Source: an uncultured Balneolaceae bacterium
Lineage (GTDB): Bacteria; Bacteroidota; Rhodothermia; Balneolales; Balneolaceae
DNA length: 64,000 nucleotides
Assembly: GCA_964490705.1 (NCBI GenBank)
Contig: CAZBCG010000011.1
Coordinates: forward strand, 8,834 to 72,833
Direction of reading: 5' to 3'
Position 1 is the first letter of the stretch, and each line of letters begins with the position of its first letter. Below, piece by piece: positions 19,739 to 29,156 of this stretch. A program made the translations under genes and the position numbers. Under the pieces are notes generated by a model. It saw nothing but the letters and a program-made list of their open reading frames with translations, was not told where the DNA came from and did no database searches.

Positions 19739-20794
19739 ATGAATATTCAGGTTCGGCATATTTCCACCTTTCTGCACCAATGGGCGCCCCCCAATACCAA
19801 ACTCGATTATGACAACGTCGGTCTTCTCATCGGCGATCCCAACCAAGAAATTTCACGCGTTTTAACCTGCCTCGATGTTACGCTGGATGTTGTTGGCGAA
19901 GCCATCCAGAATGATTGTGATCTTATCGTTGCCCACCATCCGCTCATTTTTAACAGTATTGATCGCATTAATCCCACCAATGAGCAGGGTAAAATTATTT
20001 TCAAGCTGATTAAAAATGATATTGCGCTCATCGCTGCGCATACGAATCTCGATGCGGCGCTCGATGGCGTCTCATTTGTGCTGGGCCAAAAGTTGGGATT
20101 AGAAAACCTGAAATTCCTGGATAATAATTATAATATCAGCCGAAAAATTGTGCTGACAACCAGCCATTCCGACAGTGAATCGGTGCTAAAGTTATTGAAC
20201 TACTACTCAGCTGAAGAAGCGCATTATTATAAGGTGGAGGGCAAAAAAGACGGGCAATATACTTATGAGGCGATTATGGATGAACACAACGTCTCGGATC
20301 TGAAGAAAGGGCTTGAGAAAAACGGGCTGCTCCATCGCGGTAGTTTTCAGGTGATGGATGTTGCCAGTCCGTCGAATAATGTAGGCATGGGCGTTGTAGG
20401 ATTTTATCGCGACAAGGGATTAACGCAACAGCAGTTTTTGGATACCGTTGCCGATGCACTGAATGTGAAGGCGGTGCGATTTTCGGGCTCGGTTGATCGC
20501 ATCAAAAAAGTGGCTGTGTGTGGTGGTGCCGGTGTATCGCTGGCTCGCAAGGCGATCGGGCAGGGCGCACAGGCCTTTGTGACATCAGATATTAAGTACC
20601 ACGATTATTTTACTGACACTGAAGATTTTTTACTGGTCGATGTAGGCCATTACGAAAGCGAAGTGCCCATGGTGGCGGCGCTTCAGCAGGAATTGTCGGA
20701 AGCTTTTGAACAGCTTGACGTAATTGAAACCGAAATAACCACCAATCCAATGCAGGTTTTTATACCTGATCATAAACAAAATCCGCAGGAATAA
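19739..20794 (+). CDS. Nif3-like dinuclear metal centre protein
   Basis: 'DNVGLLIGD', 'AHHPLIF', 'HTNLD', 'VAVCGGAG', 'DVGHYESE'; start placed at MNIQV. Confidence 0.95.
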   Translation: MNIQVRHISTFLHQWAPPNTKLDYDNVGLLIGDPNQEISRVLTCLDVTLDVVGEAIQNDCDLIVAHHPLIFNSIDRINPTNEQGKIIFKLIKNDIALIAAHTNLDAALDGVSFVLGQKLGLENLKFLDNNYNISRKIVLTTSHSDSESVLKLLNYYSAEEAHYYKVEGKKDGQYTYEAIMDEHNVSDLKKGLEKNGLLHRGSFQVMDVASPSNNVGMGVVGFYRDKGLTQQQFLDTVADALNVKAVRFSGSVDRIKKVAVCGGAGVSLARKAIGQGAQAFVTSDIKYHDYFTDTEDFLLVDVGHYESEVPMVAALQQELSEAFEQLDVIETEITTNPMQVFIPDHKQNPQE

Positions 20795-20814
20795 ACGACG
20801 ATACCCTAAAATCT

Positions 20815-21549
20815 ATGGAAGAAGTACTTCAACAATTAGCTAATCTTCAATATATCGACAGCAGAATCGACGAGCTAAAACAGTTGCGGGGCGATCTGCC
20901 AGAAGAAATCCTCGATATTGAGACCGATATCAATCGGTATGAAGCCAAGATTGAGCGCCTGGAAGAGGAAAAGAAAGAGCTGAAGGTTGAGCGCGATAAC
21001 CTGGAGCTTGAGATCAAGGACGCTCAAAATAAGATGGATAAATACGAGGAGCAGCAGATGTCGGTGCGCAATAACCGCGAATACGATGCTCTGACGAAAG
21101 AGATTGAGTCTCAAAAGCAGATTATCGAAAACTCGGAGTCGCGCAAGGAGGAGATCGAGAAGCGCCTGGAAGAGATCGATCCCGAGATGGAAAAGCTGCA
21201 GGAAGAGCTCGACGATACCCAAGAGCTCTATGAAGAGAAGCAAGAAAATCTCGAAGAGGTGAAAAAAGACACCCAAAAAGAGGAAGATATGCTTGAGGAA
21301 AAGCGCGAAGAGGTCGAAAAAAATATCGACGATCGCTATCTGAAAAGCTATAATCGTCTTCGCAATGGACTTTCTAACGGTTTGGCGGTAGTACCAATGG
21401 AAAAAGGTGCTGCGCTGGGCATGGCATTGCCTCCCCAAACACAGGTCGAAGTTCGTCATAAGAATAAGATCATTATTGACGAAAACAGCGGACGCATTGT
21501 TGTGCATCCGTCATTCTTTGAGAAGGCTGAAGAGCAGCTGTCGCTCTAA
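20815..21549 (+). CDS. Coiled-coil protein of the C4 zinc-ribbon (CT398/HP0958-like) family, lacking cysteines
   Basis: 'LQYIDSRI', 'VRNNREYDALTKEIE', 'YNRLR..GLAVVP', 'PPQ', 'GRI'; typical position after a Nif3-like gene. Confidence 0.88.
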   Translation: MEEVLQQLANLQYIDSRIDELKQLRGDLPEEILDIETDINRYEAKIERLEEEKKELKVERDNLELEIKDAQNKMDKYEEQQMSVRNNREYDALTKEIESQKQIIENSESRKEEIEKRLEEIDPEMEKLQEELDDTQELYEEKQENLEEVKKDTQKEEDMLEEKREEVEKNIDDRYLKSYNRLRNGLSNGLAVVPMEKGAALGMALPPQTQVEVRHKNKIIIDENSGRIVVHPSFFEKAEEQLSL

Positions 21550-21573
21550 CACGTTTTACTAGATTTACAAAAG

Positions 21574-21612
21574 AAAGATGTACGCATCGGGATTGATGTA
21601 GTACATCTTTTT
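21574..21612 (+). terminator. Probable intrinsic terminator
   Basis: AAAGATGTAC..GTACATCTTT stem followed by T-rich run, after the coiled-coil gene. Confidence 0.6.
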
Positions 21613-21646
21613 GTTTTTTGGAAGGATTCAAGTTTCGTATCTTTAT

Positions 21647-21994
21647 ATGGGATGATCGGGCAATCGCCTCCCGACTTTTCGGGAAGAGGAAAGTCCGAAC
21701 ACCAACGAGCACCGTGCTTCCTAACGGGAAGATCCCGAATGCTTTCGGGATAGCCAGTGCCACAGAAAACAGACTACCCCCGAGCAATCGGGGGAAAAGG
21801 TGAAAAGGTGAGGTAAGAGCTCACCGTCCCGCACCGTAAGGTCGGGAGCTAGGTAAACCTCACGGGGTGCAAGCTCACGCAGGTCGTGCGCCGCTCGTCG
21901 CCATACGGCCGGGTGGAGTGCTCAAGTCCCGGGGCGACTCGGGAATAAGATAAATGATTGCCCTTGACAGAATTCGGCTTACAGGTCATCCCAT
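21647..21994 (+). ncRNA. rnpB: RNase P RNA (bacterial type A)
   Basis: GAGGAAAGTCCG, AGTGCCACAGAAA, GGTAAACC..GGTGCAAG, ACAGAATTCGGCTTA universal motifs; P1 ATGGGATGA/TCATCCCAT. Confidence 0.98.
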
Positions 21995-22005
21995 GAATTT
22001 ATATG

Positions 22006-22034
22006 AAAAGGCCGTCCGAGTAGGGCGGCCTTTT
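22006..22034. terminator. Bidirectional intrinsic terminator
   Basis: AAAAGGCCGTCC-gagta-GGGCGGCCTTTT between rnpB and a convergent gene. Confidence 0.88.
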
Positions 22035-22058
22035 GTTGTTTTCAGTCCTATGGCTTTT

Positions 22059-23189
22059 TTATTTTGCCCAAATACGCTTATTCAGGTTAAAGTCTTCAAC
22101 AATACCCAGTAGAAAGTTTAGATCTTTGTAAAAAGTGAAGATCTTTTCCCGGTCCAACACATTGTCCAGATCTTGCTCATTCATCAAATAATCCTGGCTG
22201 ATATCCGGCTCCAACAGGTCGCGGTCGTAGGGAATGGCCAAGTGCATTTTGGAGTCCCAGAAACAGAGAAATATCATTTTACCAGTACGTCCGGAAAATT
22301 CTTTGATGCGTTCCATCATGGTTGTTGAAAGCACGTATCGCGCCTGCTGCTGATCGTTGCTATAGACATTGTAAGCTTTCTCCAGTTCAACGTCTTCAAG
22401 ATGCACTTGCTCAAGGTCGTCAATACGATCATCGGGGTGATATTTGCTTCCCACTTTTGTCTTGGTCTTTCCTCGGCGATCTTCTTTTTTGTAGTCGTTC
22501 CATTGATAAGCAGTCGGGCGGACGAGCGTTTTGGCCTGGAACCGTTTGTGAAAGTCAGCGCGGAAGTAGATCCCTCGGAAAAAGTTGTCGCTGGTGTTGG
22601 CAAATTTTTCAACCATGTGTTTCATGTCTTCCATCTTTTCGCGCTGCTCTTCGTTAAGGTTGGAGCCGCCCAGCTGCTTTACATCCGATGTGGAGGCCAC
22701 GATTTCGCAGAATGCGATATCGGTATCCCCCACTTTGCCGGATACAAAATCTTCTGCGGTTAGTCCTCCGGCTTCACGCGACAGTATCAGGCTGTCATTA
22801 ATATCTTCTTTTGAAAAGCCCTCCCGTGGTTTGTAGGAAAAATCATCATCAAAAAAGTGCACAATTTTTTTGATGAGTTTCTGCTTAAACTTTTTGCTAA
22901 ACTTTGCCCCTTTTCGGAAGTAATTCCCGAATTTTTTGGAGATGGAATATCCGGCAATTGCTATGACAGCAGTCCAGAAAAAGGGAAAACTTCCGGTGCT
23001 GTACCATATCCAGATGAGAACAGGAGAGGAGATCAAAATGAAAACACCCGCGACTTTAAAGAGATCGAACCGTTCTTTACTGCTCAACGATTGCTCACCG
23101 TAAATTTCACGTGCCTCTTCCTGGAGTTCTTCGATAGATGATTTGAGTTCATTGTTATAGAACGCAGTGAATGCTTCCTCTGATTTCAT
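22059..23189 (-). CDS. DUF3137-like membrane protein
   Basis: Two N-terminal TMs, 'FRGIYFRADFHKRF', 'YSNDQQQARYVLSTTMMERI'; downstream of lemA. Confidence 0.85.
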   Translation of the reverse strand: MKSEEAFTAFYNNELKSSIEELQEEAREIYGEQSLSSKERFDLFKVAGVFILISSPVLIWIWYSTGSFPFFWTAVIAIAGYSISKKFGNYFRKGAKFSKKFKQKLIKKIVHFFDDDFSYKPREGFSKEDINDSLILSREAGGLTAEDFVSGKVGDTDIAFCEIVASTSDVKQLGGSNLNEEQREKMEDMKHMVEKFANTSDNFFRGIYFRADFHKRFQAKTLVRPTAYQWNDYKKEDRRGKTKTKVGSKYHPDDRIDDLEQVHLEDVELEKAYNVYSNDQQQARYVLSTTMMERIKEFSGRTGKMIFLCFWDSKMHLAIPYDRDLLEPDISQDYLMNEQDLDNVLDREKIFTFYKDLNFLLGIVEDFNLNKRIWAK

Positions 23190-23331
23190 AACGCTGTTTT
23201 TTTGAGTGTTCTTGATGAAGAATATATTTCTTTTGCAGCGGACTACAGCTGTTGGTACTAGACTTTTGAGGCGAATGAAGTTGTTCTTTTATGCTTCTTA
23301 CACATGTTTTCCATCGCTTGATCTTTAAGAA

Positions 23332-23910
23332 TCAGGAGTTGAACATTTCACCCACATCCGGCGTCTTGTGTTCATGGACTTCGGCTTCAAAAACTTCGCG
23401 GGAGTTGAATCCGAATTGACTGGCAATAATATTACCGGGGAACGTCTCGATACTGTCGTTGTACCCTTTAACGGCAGAATTAAAAAAGCGGCGGGAAGCC
23501 GAAAGCTGTTCTTCCACTTCATTGAGCGATCGTTGCAGCTGCATAAAGTTTTCGCTGGCTTTCAGATCAGGATAATCTTCGACCTGCACCATAAGCGTGT
23601 CCAATGCTTGGGTCATCTCGCTTTCGACCTGCTCACGTTCCTTGCGAGAAAGATCGCCCGATTGCGCCTTGTTGCGCAAATCTACGATTTGGCTAAGGGT
23701 TTCGTTTTCATAATCCATATACTCCTTGGCGGCGGAGACAAGGTTGGGAATCAGGTCATGCCGCTTTTTGAGGTTCGCCTGAATACTGCCGTAGGATTCG
23801 TCGATCTGGTTTTCGCTTCGAATAATGCGGTTGTACAGGCTGGCACCATATCCTACAAGTGCAACAACGAGCGCTATAGCAATAATGAGTACTATTGTTG
23901 ATAAAAGCAT
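23332..23910 (-). CDS. lemA: LemA family protein
   Basis: 'LKKRHDLIPNLV', 'EDYPDLKASENF', 'SRRFFNSAV..YN..FP'. Confidence 0.95.
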   Translation of the reverse strand: MLLSTIVLIIAIALVVALVGYGASLYNRIIRSENQIDESYGSIQANLKKRHDLIPNLVSAAKEYMDYENETLSQIVDLRNKAQSGDLSRKEREQVESEMTQALDTLMVQVEDYPDLKASENFMQLQRSLNEVEEQLSASRRFFNSAVKGYNDSIETFPGNIIASQFGFNSREVFEAEVHEHKTPDVGEMFNS

Positions 23911-24187
23911 AAAAGCTGATAGTTATGATTGGGATGAGACTCTACAGAGTAGAAATAAGAGTTGGGCTTGTGTTCTCTTAATGTTTGTTGATTTTTCATC
24001 TTATTCTCTACTTGAATCAATTTGCTATAATCTTTCCAATAATTTTCCAAACTTCAACTTTGGGAATATGGTCTTGTAGATCAGTTTTTACAGTCGGTTT
24101 AGAAAAGCGGTATCTTGTAAGTTGAATGATTCTGTACGAAACTTCATTACTAACTTCTCTTGAAAAAGCTAACGTTACATTGATAGA

Positions 24188-24694
24188 ATGAACTCAAAAG
24201 AACTCCGCGCATTACAGGCCCCACTAAAAGATAAATACAAAGAATATCCCGAAGAAGCGGAATGGATGCTCCATGCCGAAGGCACTCTGGGATCAGAAAT
24301 ATCATGTACTGTTCCCACTGATATCGGTGATGTGGAAGCAGGATTGCATCCCGCTACCGGCGGCGATGGGTCACAGGCTTGCTCGGGTGATATGCTGCTG
24401 GAGGCCTTGGTGGCGTGTGCGGGCGTAACGCTCAAATCGGTGGCTACGACTATGGATATTGATATCCAAAAAGGGAAAGTAAAAGCTGAGGGACTGCTCG
24501 ATTTTAAAGGTACGCTGGGCGTCACCCGGGAGGCACCGGTGGGATTCAAAGAAATTGATCTTCACTTTGAGCTTGATACGGATGCAGATCAGCAAAAGGT
24601 ATCGAAGCTTATTGAGCTGACCGAGCGCTACTGCGTGATCTATCAGACGCTGAAAAACAGTCCGGAGCTGAATACCGATTTTTCGATTAGCTAA
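24188..24694 (+). CDS. OsmC/Ohr family protein
   Basis: 'LLEALVACAGVT' and 'TERYCVIYQTL' two-Cys pattern. Confidence 0.9.
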   Translation: MNSKELRALQAPLKDKYKEYPEEAEWMLHAEGTLGSEISCTVPTDIGDVEAGLHPATGGDGSQACSGDMLLEALVACAGVTLKSVATTMDIDIQKGKVKAEGLLDFKGTLGVTREAPVGFKEIDLHFELDTDADQQKVSKLIELTERYCVIYQTLKNSPELNTDFSIS

Positions 24695-25938
24695 TCTAAC
24701 GGTTTGCCGCTATAGCTAAACAGGGTGGTGTCGCGACATACGGTTTCGGGCATATGGCGATATACAAGCCAAGCGCCGATAATTGTAGCAAAGCCAATGA
24801 TGAAAAAGGGCAGCTCGAATGAAAATACGGCCAACAGCCCTGCCAACAGTGGACCTACGGCAATGCCGAGTCCAAAGCCCATGGTGACGACACTCATTTG
24901 ACGCCCTTCGCCGCCTGTTTTAGATAAGTCGGCAGCAAGGGCAAAAGCAGGTGATGCTACTCCGGCAGCAGCAATGCCCTGGAATAGGCGAACCACCACC
25001 ATTTGTCCCATGGTTTGTACTTCTGCTAATAAAATGGTGGTTATTGCCATCAGAATAAGACCGCCCAGGATAAACGGTTTGCGGCCAAATTTGTCAGAAA
25101 AATGTCCCAGCGGCACCTGAAAGATAAGTCGGCCGACCATCAGCATACTAAAGGCGATACTGAAACCGATGGCGGTCATGCCGAGTCGGGCGTTAAACTC
25201 ATTTTCGAGTGTCGTCACCATCGAAAAGCAGCAGGCCATGGCAAAAGTGGCCAGGGCAGCGGTGAGAATACCATCCCCGTAAAGCGATAAATCAAACACT
25301 TTGAGGCGGCGTGTAACTTCTTCTTTGACCTCAATTTTGACCTCTTTGACCCAGCTTTGCACGAGTAGCATTGAGAGAAAAATGAATCCCGATCCCACAT
25401 AAAAAGCGGCATCAAAGCCGTAGTGGACCTGCAGGAATCCCCCGATAACGGGACCAATGGCGAAGCCGATAATCCGAAAAGTGCTATAGACGCCCATCGA
25501 CCCGCCGCGGGTACTTCGTTCGGTGATGGCAGTCATCAGCGAAAGTACTGCGGGGATGGTGATGGCTACGCCCAATCCCTGTAGGGTACGTAAAATGAGC
25601 AGGTGGATAAAATTATCTGCGAAGATAAAAAAGAGGGTGCTTACGCCGATAAGTCCCAGCCCGGTCTGAATGAGCTTTTTCCGCATGTTGAGTTTGTCGC
25701 TGAGTGCGCCCATCAGCGGTTGGAAAATGGCGGCAATAAATCCGAACAGCGAAATTAAGATGCCCACCAGCACCGGGGTCGCAAAATCAACGTGCTCCTT
25801 GGGAAGTTTGGCAACGTAGAGGGGAATCAGAATAAACAGGATGCTGTTGCCCATTGCATCAGCCATCCGCGCAATGGATAGCGCCAGTATGCTTTTGTTG
25901 ATGCCGAGAGTTTCGACTAGTTTTTCTTTAAGTGACAA
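24691..25938 (-). CDS. MFS transporter
   Basis: About 12 TMs, motif A 'GALSDKLNMRK' and 'GHFSDKFGRK'; TTG start at 25938 assumed. Confidence 0.92.
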   Translation of the reverse strand: MSLKEKLVETLGINKSILALSIARMADAMGNSILFILIPLYVAKLPKEHVDFATPVLVGILISLFGFIAAIFQPLMGALSDKLNMRKKLIQTGLGLIGVSTLFFIFADNFIHLLILRTLQGLGVAITIPAVLSLMTAITERSTRGGSMGVYSTFRIIGFAIGPVIGGFLQVHYGFDAAFYVGSGFIFLSMLLVQSWVKEVKIEVKEEVTRRLKVFDLSLYGDGILTAALATFAMACCFSMVTTLENEFNARLGMTAIGFSIAFSMLMVGRLIFQVPLGHFSDKFGRKPFILGGLILMAITTILLAEVQTMGQMVVVRLFQGIAAAGVASPAFALAADLSKTGGEGRQMSVVTMGFGLGIAVGPLLAGLLAVFSFELPFFIIGFATIIGAWLVYRHMPETVCRDTTLFSYSGKPLD

Positions 25939-26033
25939 ACAGGGATTTTTCGTTTTAATGATTATAGAATAGCAACGCTTTTGCGGATGAATCGTTCCGC
26001 TCAACTGAAGTTGGCAAATATACCAACTGGATA

Positions 26034-26810
26034 TTAAGATTTGATGTAATCGGCGGGGTCTTGCTTGTAAAATTCCTGTAGCTGTTGGTACAGCTTTGGG
26101 TGTTGGGTTTTAAGTTCTTGGGGTCGCTCAAAAAAGCATTCAGTAATCACGGCAAAAAATTCGGCCAGGTTTGTGGCTCCGTATTCATCAATAAGTGTTT
26201 GCTGGTGTTGCTGGATCGATTGCAGAAACTTCTGATATTCGTCCCCAATCACCCGGGCCCACGACAAATATGTTGAATCGTCGTAATTTTCCTCGACCTG
26301 ATTGGTGGCTCCGTATTCGTAATCCAGCTGGTGGGCAAACTCGTGAAATACCAGGTTTTGTCCGTCGTGGATGTCCGAGGCTCCCTGCTGGACTTCATCC
26401 CAGGCCAGCACCACATTGCCGTGCGACCAGGCTTCGCCGTGGCGTTGCTGAAACCCCTCTTCCACAAAAAAGCTGTTGTTTTGATTTTTGACTTTCGCTA
26501 CATACTGTTCGGGATATACGAGCACCGAACGCAGATCATCATAAAAGAAAGAGAGGTCGTCGATGCCGAGCATTAAAATACAGGCTTGGGCCGCAATCGT
26601 CACGCGAATTTCATCGGTTATTTTAAGTCCGGCGCAGCCTTCAAACGTTTTTTCATGCAGGAATATCGCGATCAATCCCTTCAGCTTCGATTGCAGCTCG
26701 TCGGGCAGGTACTGTACATATGGTACATTTTGATGAAGAATCTGCTCCCACTCATTGGGAAATGGTTTCTTCATCCGGCGGTTGCGGCGCCACTTTTTAA
26801 ACCCAAACAT
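26034..26810 (-). CDS. Zinc-dependent peptidase, M90/MtfA family
   Basis: 'IAAQACIL', 'GEAW', 'HEFAHQLD', 'YGATNLAEFFAV.TE.FFE'. Confidence 0.92.
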   Translation of the reverse strand: MFGFKKWRRNRRMKKPFPNEWEQILHQNVPYVQYLPDELQSKLKGLIAIFLHEKTFEGCAGLKITDEIRVTIAAQACILMLGIDDLSFFYDDLRSVLVYPEQYVAKVKNQNNSFFVEEGFQQRHGEAWSHGNVVLAWDEVQQGASDIHDGQNLVFHEFAHQLDYEYGATNQVEENYDDSTYLSWARVIGDEYQKFLQSIQQHQQTLIDEYGATNLAEFFAVITECFFERPQELKTQHPKLYQQLQEFYKQDPADYIKS

Positions 26811-26820
26811 GGCTTCTCGA

Positions 26821-27282
26821 TTACATATTCACTTTATAGGTGCCTTTATGTTTGCGGTCGAGTTCGCGCTTCATGTCGCGCTCTTTGATGTCCTGTCGCT
26901 TGTCGTGCTGTTGTTTACCTTTAGCGATGCCGACCAGCACTTTGGCATATCCCTTTTTGAAATAAAGTTTGAGGGGTGCCAGGGTGTATCCCTTTTTGTT
27001 GACTGCCTTATTCATGTCGGCAATCTCTCGTTTGTTGAGCAGCAGCTTGCGTTCACGGCGTTCATCGTGGTTGCCGTACGAGGCGTGTTTATACGGCTTG
27101 ATATACATATCCTTGAGCCACACTTCGCCATCTTTAAGGTAGGCAAATGCTTCATTGAGGCTGGCGTTGCCTTCCCGTAGCGATTTTACCTCGGTGCCTT
27201 TAAGTACCAATCCCGCTTCATAGGTTTCTTCTATATGATACTCGTGCCGGGCCTTTCGATTTTTTATGGTGGGAGTGGACAT
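26821..27282 (-). CDS. smpB: SsrA-binding protein
   Basis: 'NRKARHEY', 'EAGLVLKGTEVKSLR', 'RKLLL', 'GK..HDKR'. Confidence 0.98.
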   Translation of the reverse strand: MSTPTIKNRKARHEYHIEETYEAGLVLKGTEVKSLREGNASLNEAFAYLKDGEVWLKDMYIKPYKHASYGNHDERRERKLLLNKREIADMNKAVNKKGYTLAPLKLYFKKGYAKVLVGIAKGKQQHDKRQDIKERDMKRELDRKHKGTYKVNM

Positions 27283-27351
27283 AGCTGAAAGTTGTGATTA
27301 AAAAAATGCTGTAACTAAAATATACGCTTTAAATAATTAACTGCCATTTGC

Positions 27352-27439
27352 AGTAAAAAGTGAGAAGGCAGAAGTGAAAAAGTTTTTATCTCTGCCGTTT
27401 TACTTTTCACGTCTCACTTTTTGCTTCTCACTTTTTACT
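27352..27439. repeat. Inverted pair of degenerate heptamer arrays (AGTGAGA / TCTCACT)
   Basis: Left AGTAAAA AGTGAGA AGGCAGA AGTGAAA; right TCTGCCG TTTTACT TTTCACG TCTCACT TTTTGCT TCTCACT TTTTACT; outer 15 bp perfectly complementary. Confidence 0.88.
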
Positions 27440-27440
27440 T

Positions 27441-27854
27441 TTAGTAGTCGAAGCCCAATTCTCGCAGGTCAGCCAAAATATCTTCGCCGGGCGATTTGTC
27501 GGGCATAGTGTTGTAAATCCCCATAATCTGATTAATCTCAGAACGTGCCTTCTGGTTTTTAGGATTAATGTTCAACACTTTGATATACTGTTCCAGGGCC
27601 GAGGTCATGCGGTCGCGCATAGTGCTGTCTTCCGGGCCGCGATATTCAAGATACAAGCCATAATTCAAATAGGTTTTCTCTTTCAGGCGATCGAGGTTTT
27701 CGACTTCGCTGGCATCGGTGTTGTTGAGCAATTCGATGGCTTGCGTATAGCTGTCTTCGGCAATCAGCTGGTCGATCCGTTTGGGAACATCTTCTACAGA
27801 CTCACTGCAAGAGATAAAAAGCGTAACGAGAAATATCAGGGAAAGATAGCGCAT
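27441..27854 (-). CDS. Lipoprotein with TPR-like helices
   Basis: Lipobox FIS-C; 'ALEQYIKVLNINPKNQKA'. Confidence 0.8.
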   Translation of the reverse strand: MRYLSLIFLVTLFISCSESVEDVPKRIDQLIAEDSYTQAIELLNNTDASEVENLDRLKEKTYLNYGLYLEYRGPEDSTMRDRMTSALEQYIKVLNINPKNQKARSEINQIMGIYNTMPDKSPGEDILADLRELGFDY

Positions 27855-27913
27855 GAAATGGTACAGTTTACGGTATTGTGTTTAACGATGAGCTAAAGAT
27901 AAGCAAAAGATTG

Positions 27914-29143
27914 CTAGATTAAATATAGCGGATTGAGGCTGATGCACAGCACAAAGATGGCCATGCTCAGCCATCCCAGGAATTTACGAGTGGGAGTGAG
28001 TTCTCGTTCGTGCAGGGCCGGGGGATGTTCGATCCCGACAAAATAGGTGACAAAGGCCGACCAAAAGACCCAAATTAGCGAACCGGATGTTGTGATATTT
28101 CCGACATAGAGATATAGAAATCCTGCCGATAATGCTATGCTGGCACCGAGAGTGGGTAAAATCCATTCTAACTCTTCGTGAAAAGCCTTGCGGAGCAGCG
28201 TATAGCTAATCCCCGCCCAGATGATCCAGCTTAAAATACCATAGGCATTATCGTACTCCCCAAGCGAGAGGTGAATAAAGGGGATTGCTTCGATGCCGGC
28301 CATGGCAAGCAATCCGCCATAAAAAATGCGGGCTACCTTTTTGTGATTTTCAAATCCGATGAGGGAATATAAAATATGCCCCCCGTCGAGCTGACCGATC
28401 GGCATCAGGTTGAGAGCCGTGAAAAACAGTCCGAGCCATCCGGCAAATAGAAAGGGATAGTGGTACATCTCCCACATGGGCGGCACATTTTCAAAGAAGG
28501 AAGCCAGAAATCCATACAAGACGGTGTTGCCTACAGTCAGTAATTGCCCGTCGGTTTCTTGGGGCGGCGCATCGGGATAAGTGCCATTTTGTGCAACATA
28601 TTCTTTTACAGTCTCGTGACCCTGAAAATTTTGGATGTAAGAAGCGTCGGGCAGGGCCGAAAATCCATAAAGTAAGATAGCCAACGAAACCACAAATCCT
28701 GCGCTGGGACCCGAGGCACCGACGTCGAACATCTTATAGGTGTCGTTAATTTTTTGTTTGATGCGGATGACGGCTCCCACGGTTCCGATCCCCAGGGGAA
28801 TGGGGATAAAGTAGGGTAGGGTCACTTTGATTTTGTGATAGACAGCCGCAAAATAGTGGCCGAACTCGTGCACGCCCAAAAAGCCGAGCAAAAGTCCCGC
28901 AAAAAGGAGGCCGCGATAAAAGTCGGGCAGAGTCGGTAATCCTAATGGAAAGAGCGTGGGCTGAAACCCCACAAAACCGGCACCTGCCAGCGATACGGTA
29001 ATCACGGTAGCCAAGAACAGCCCCAGGTGTTTAAGAATAGTTTTGGGATCTAAATCTTGCCGGGCCTGCTTGGGTATGGCTTGTTGTGTTGACGTCTGCT
29101 CGAATTGAAAATTTTTGGTATCTGTAGAAGTGTTGTTATCCAA
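27914..29143 (-). CDS. Site-2 protease family (M50) membrane metalloprotease
   Basis: 'HEFGH', 'NLMPIGQLDGGH'; TTG start at 29143 assumed (ORF open to 29173). Confidence 0.93.
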   Translation of the reverse strand: MDNNTSTDTKNFQFEQTSTQQAIPKQARQDLDPKTILKHLGLFLATVITVSLAGAGFVGFQPTLFPLGLPTLPDFYRGLLFAGLLLGFLGVHEFGHYFAAVYHKIKVTLPYFIPIPLGIGTVGAVIRIKQKINDTYKMFDVGASGPSAGFVVSLAILLYGFSALPDASYIQNFQGHETVKEYVAQNGTYPDAPPQETDGQLLTVGNTVLYGFLASFFENVPPMWEMYHYPFLFAGWLGLFFTALNLMPIGQLDGGHILYSLIGFENHKKVARIFYGGLLAMAGIEAIPFIHLSLGEYDNAYGILSWIIWAGISYTLLRKAFHEELEWILPTLGASIALSAGFLYLYVGNITTSGSLIWVFWSAFVTYFVGIEHPPALHERELTPTRKFLGWLSMAIFVLCISLNPLYLI

Positions 29144-29156
29144 AAGTAAAAATAGG

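Noticed and set aside
20875..21507. 210-aa hydrophobic ORF on the minus strand
   Set aside because: Its Leu/Phe richness is the mirror of the Glu/Lys codons of the real plus-strand gene
21473..21803. Short ORFs on both strands over the rnpB 5' half
   Set aside because: The region is explained by RNase P RNA
23941..23953. TCTAC-AGA-GTAGA palindrome upstream of lemA as a BlaI box
   Set aside because: One base shorter than TACAnnTGTA spacing and single copy; could be chance
27283..27440. tmRNA gene next to smpB
   Set aside because: The spacer is too short and lacks the tRNA-like ends of tmRNA
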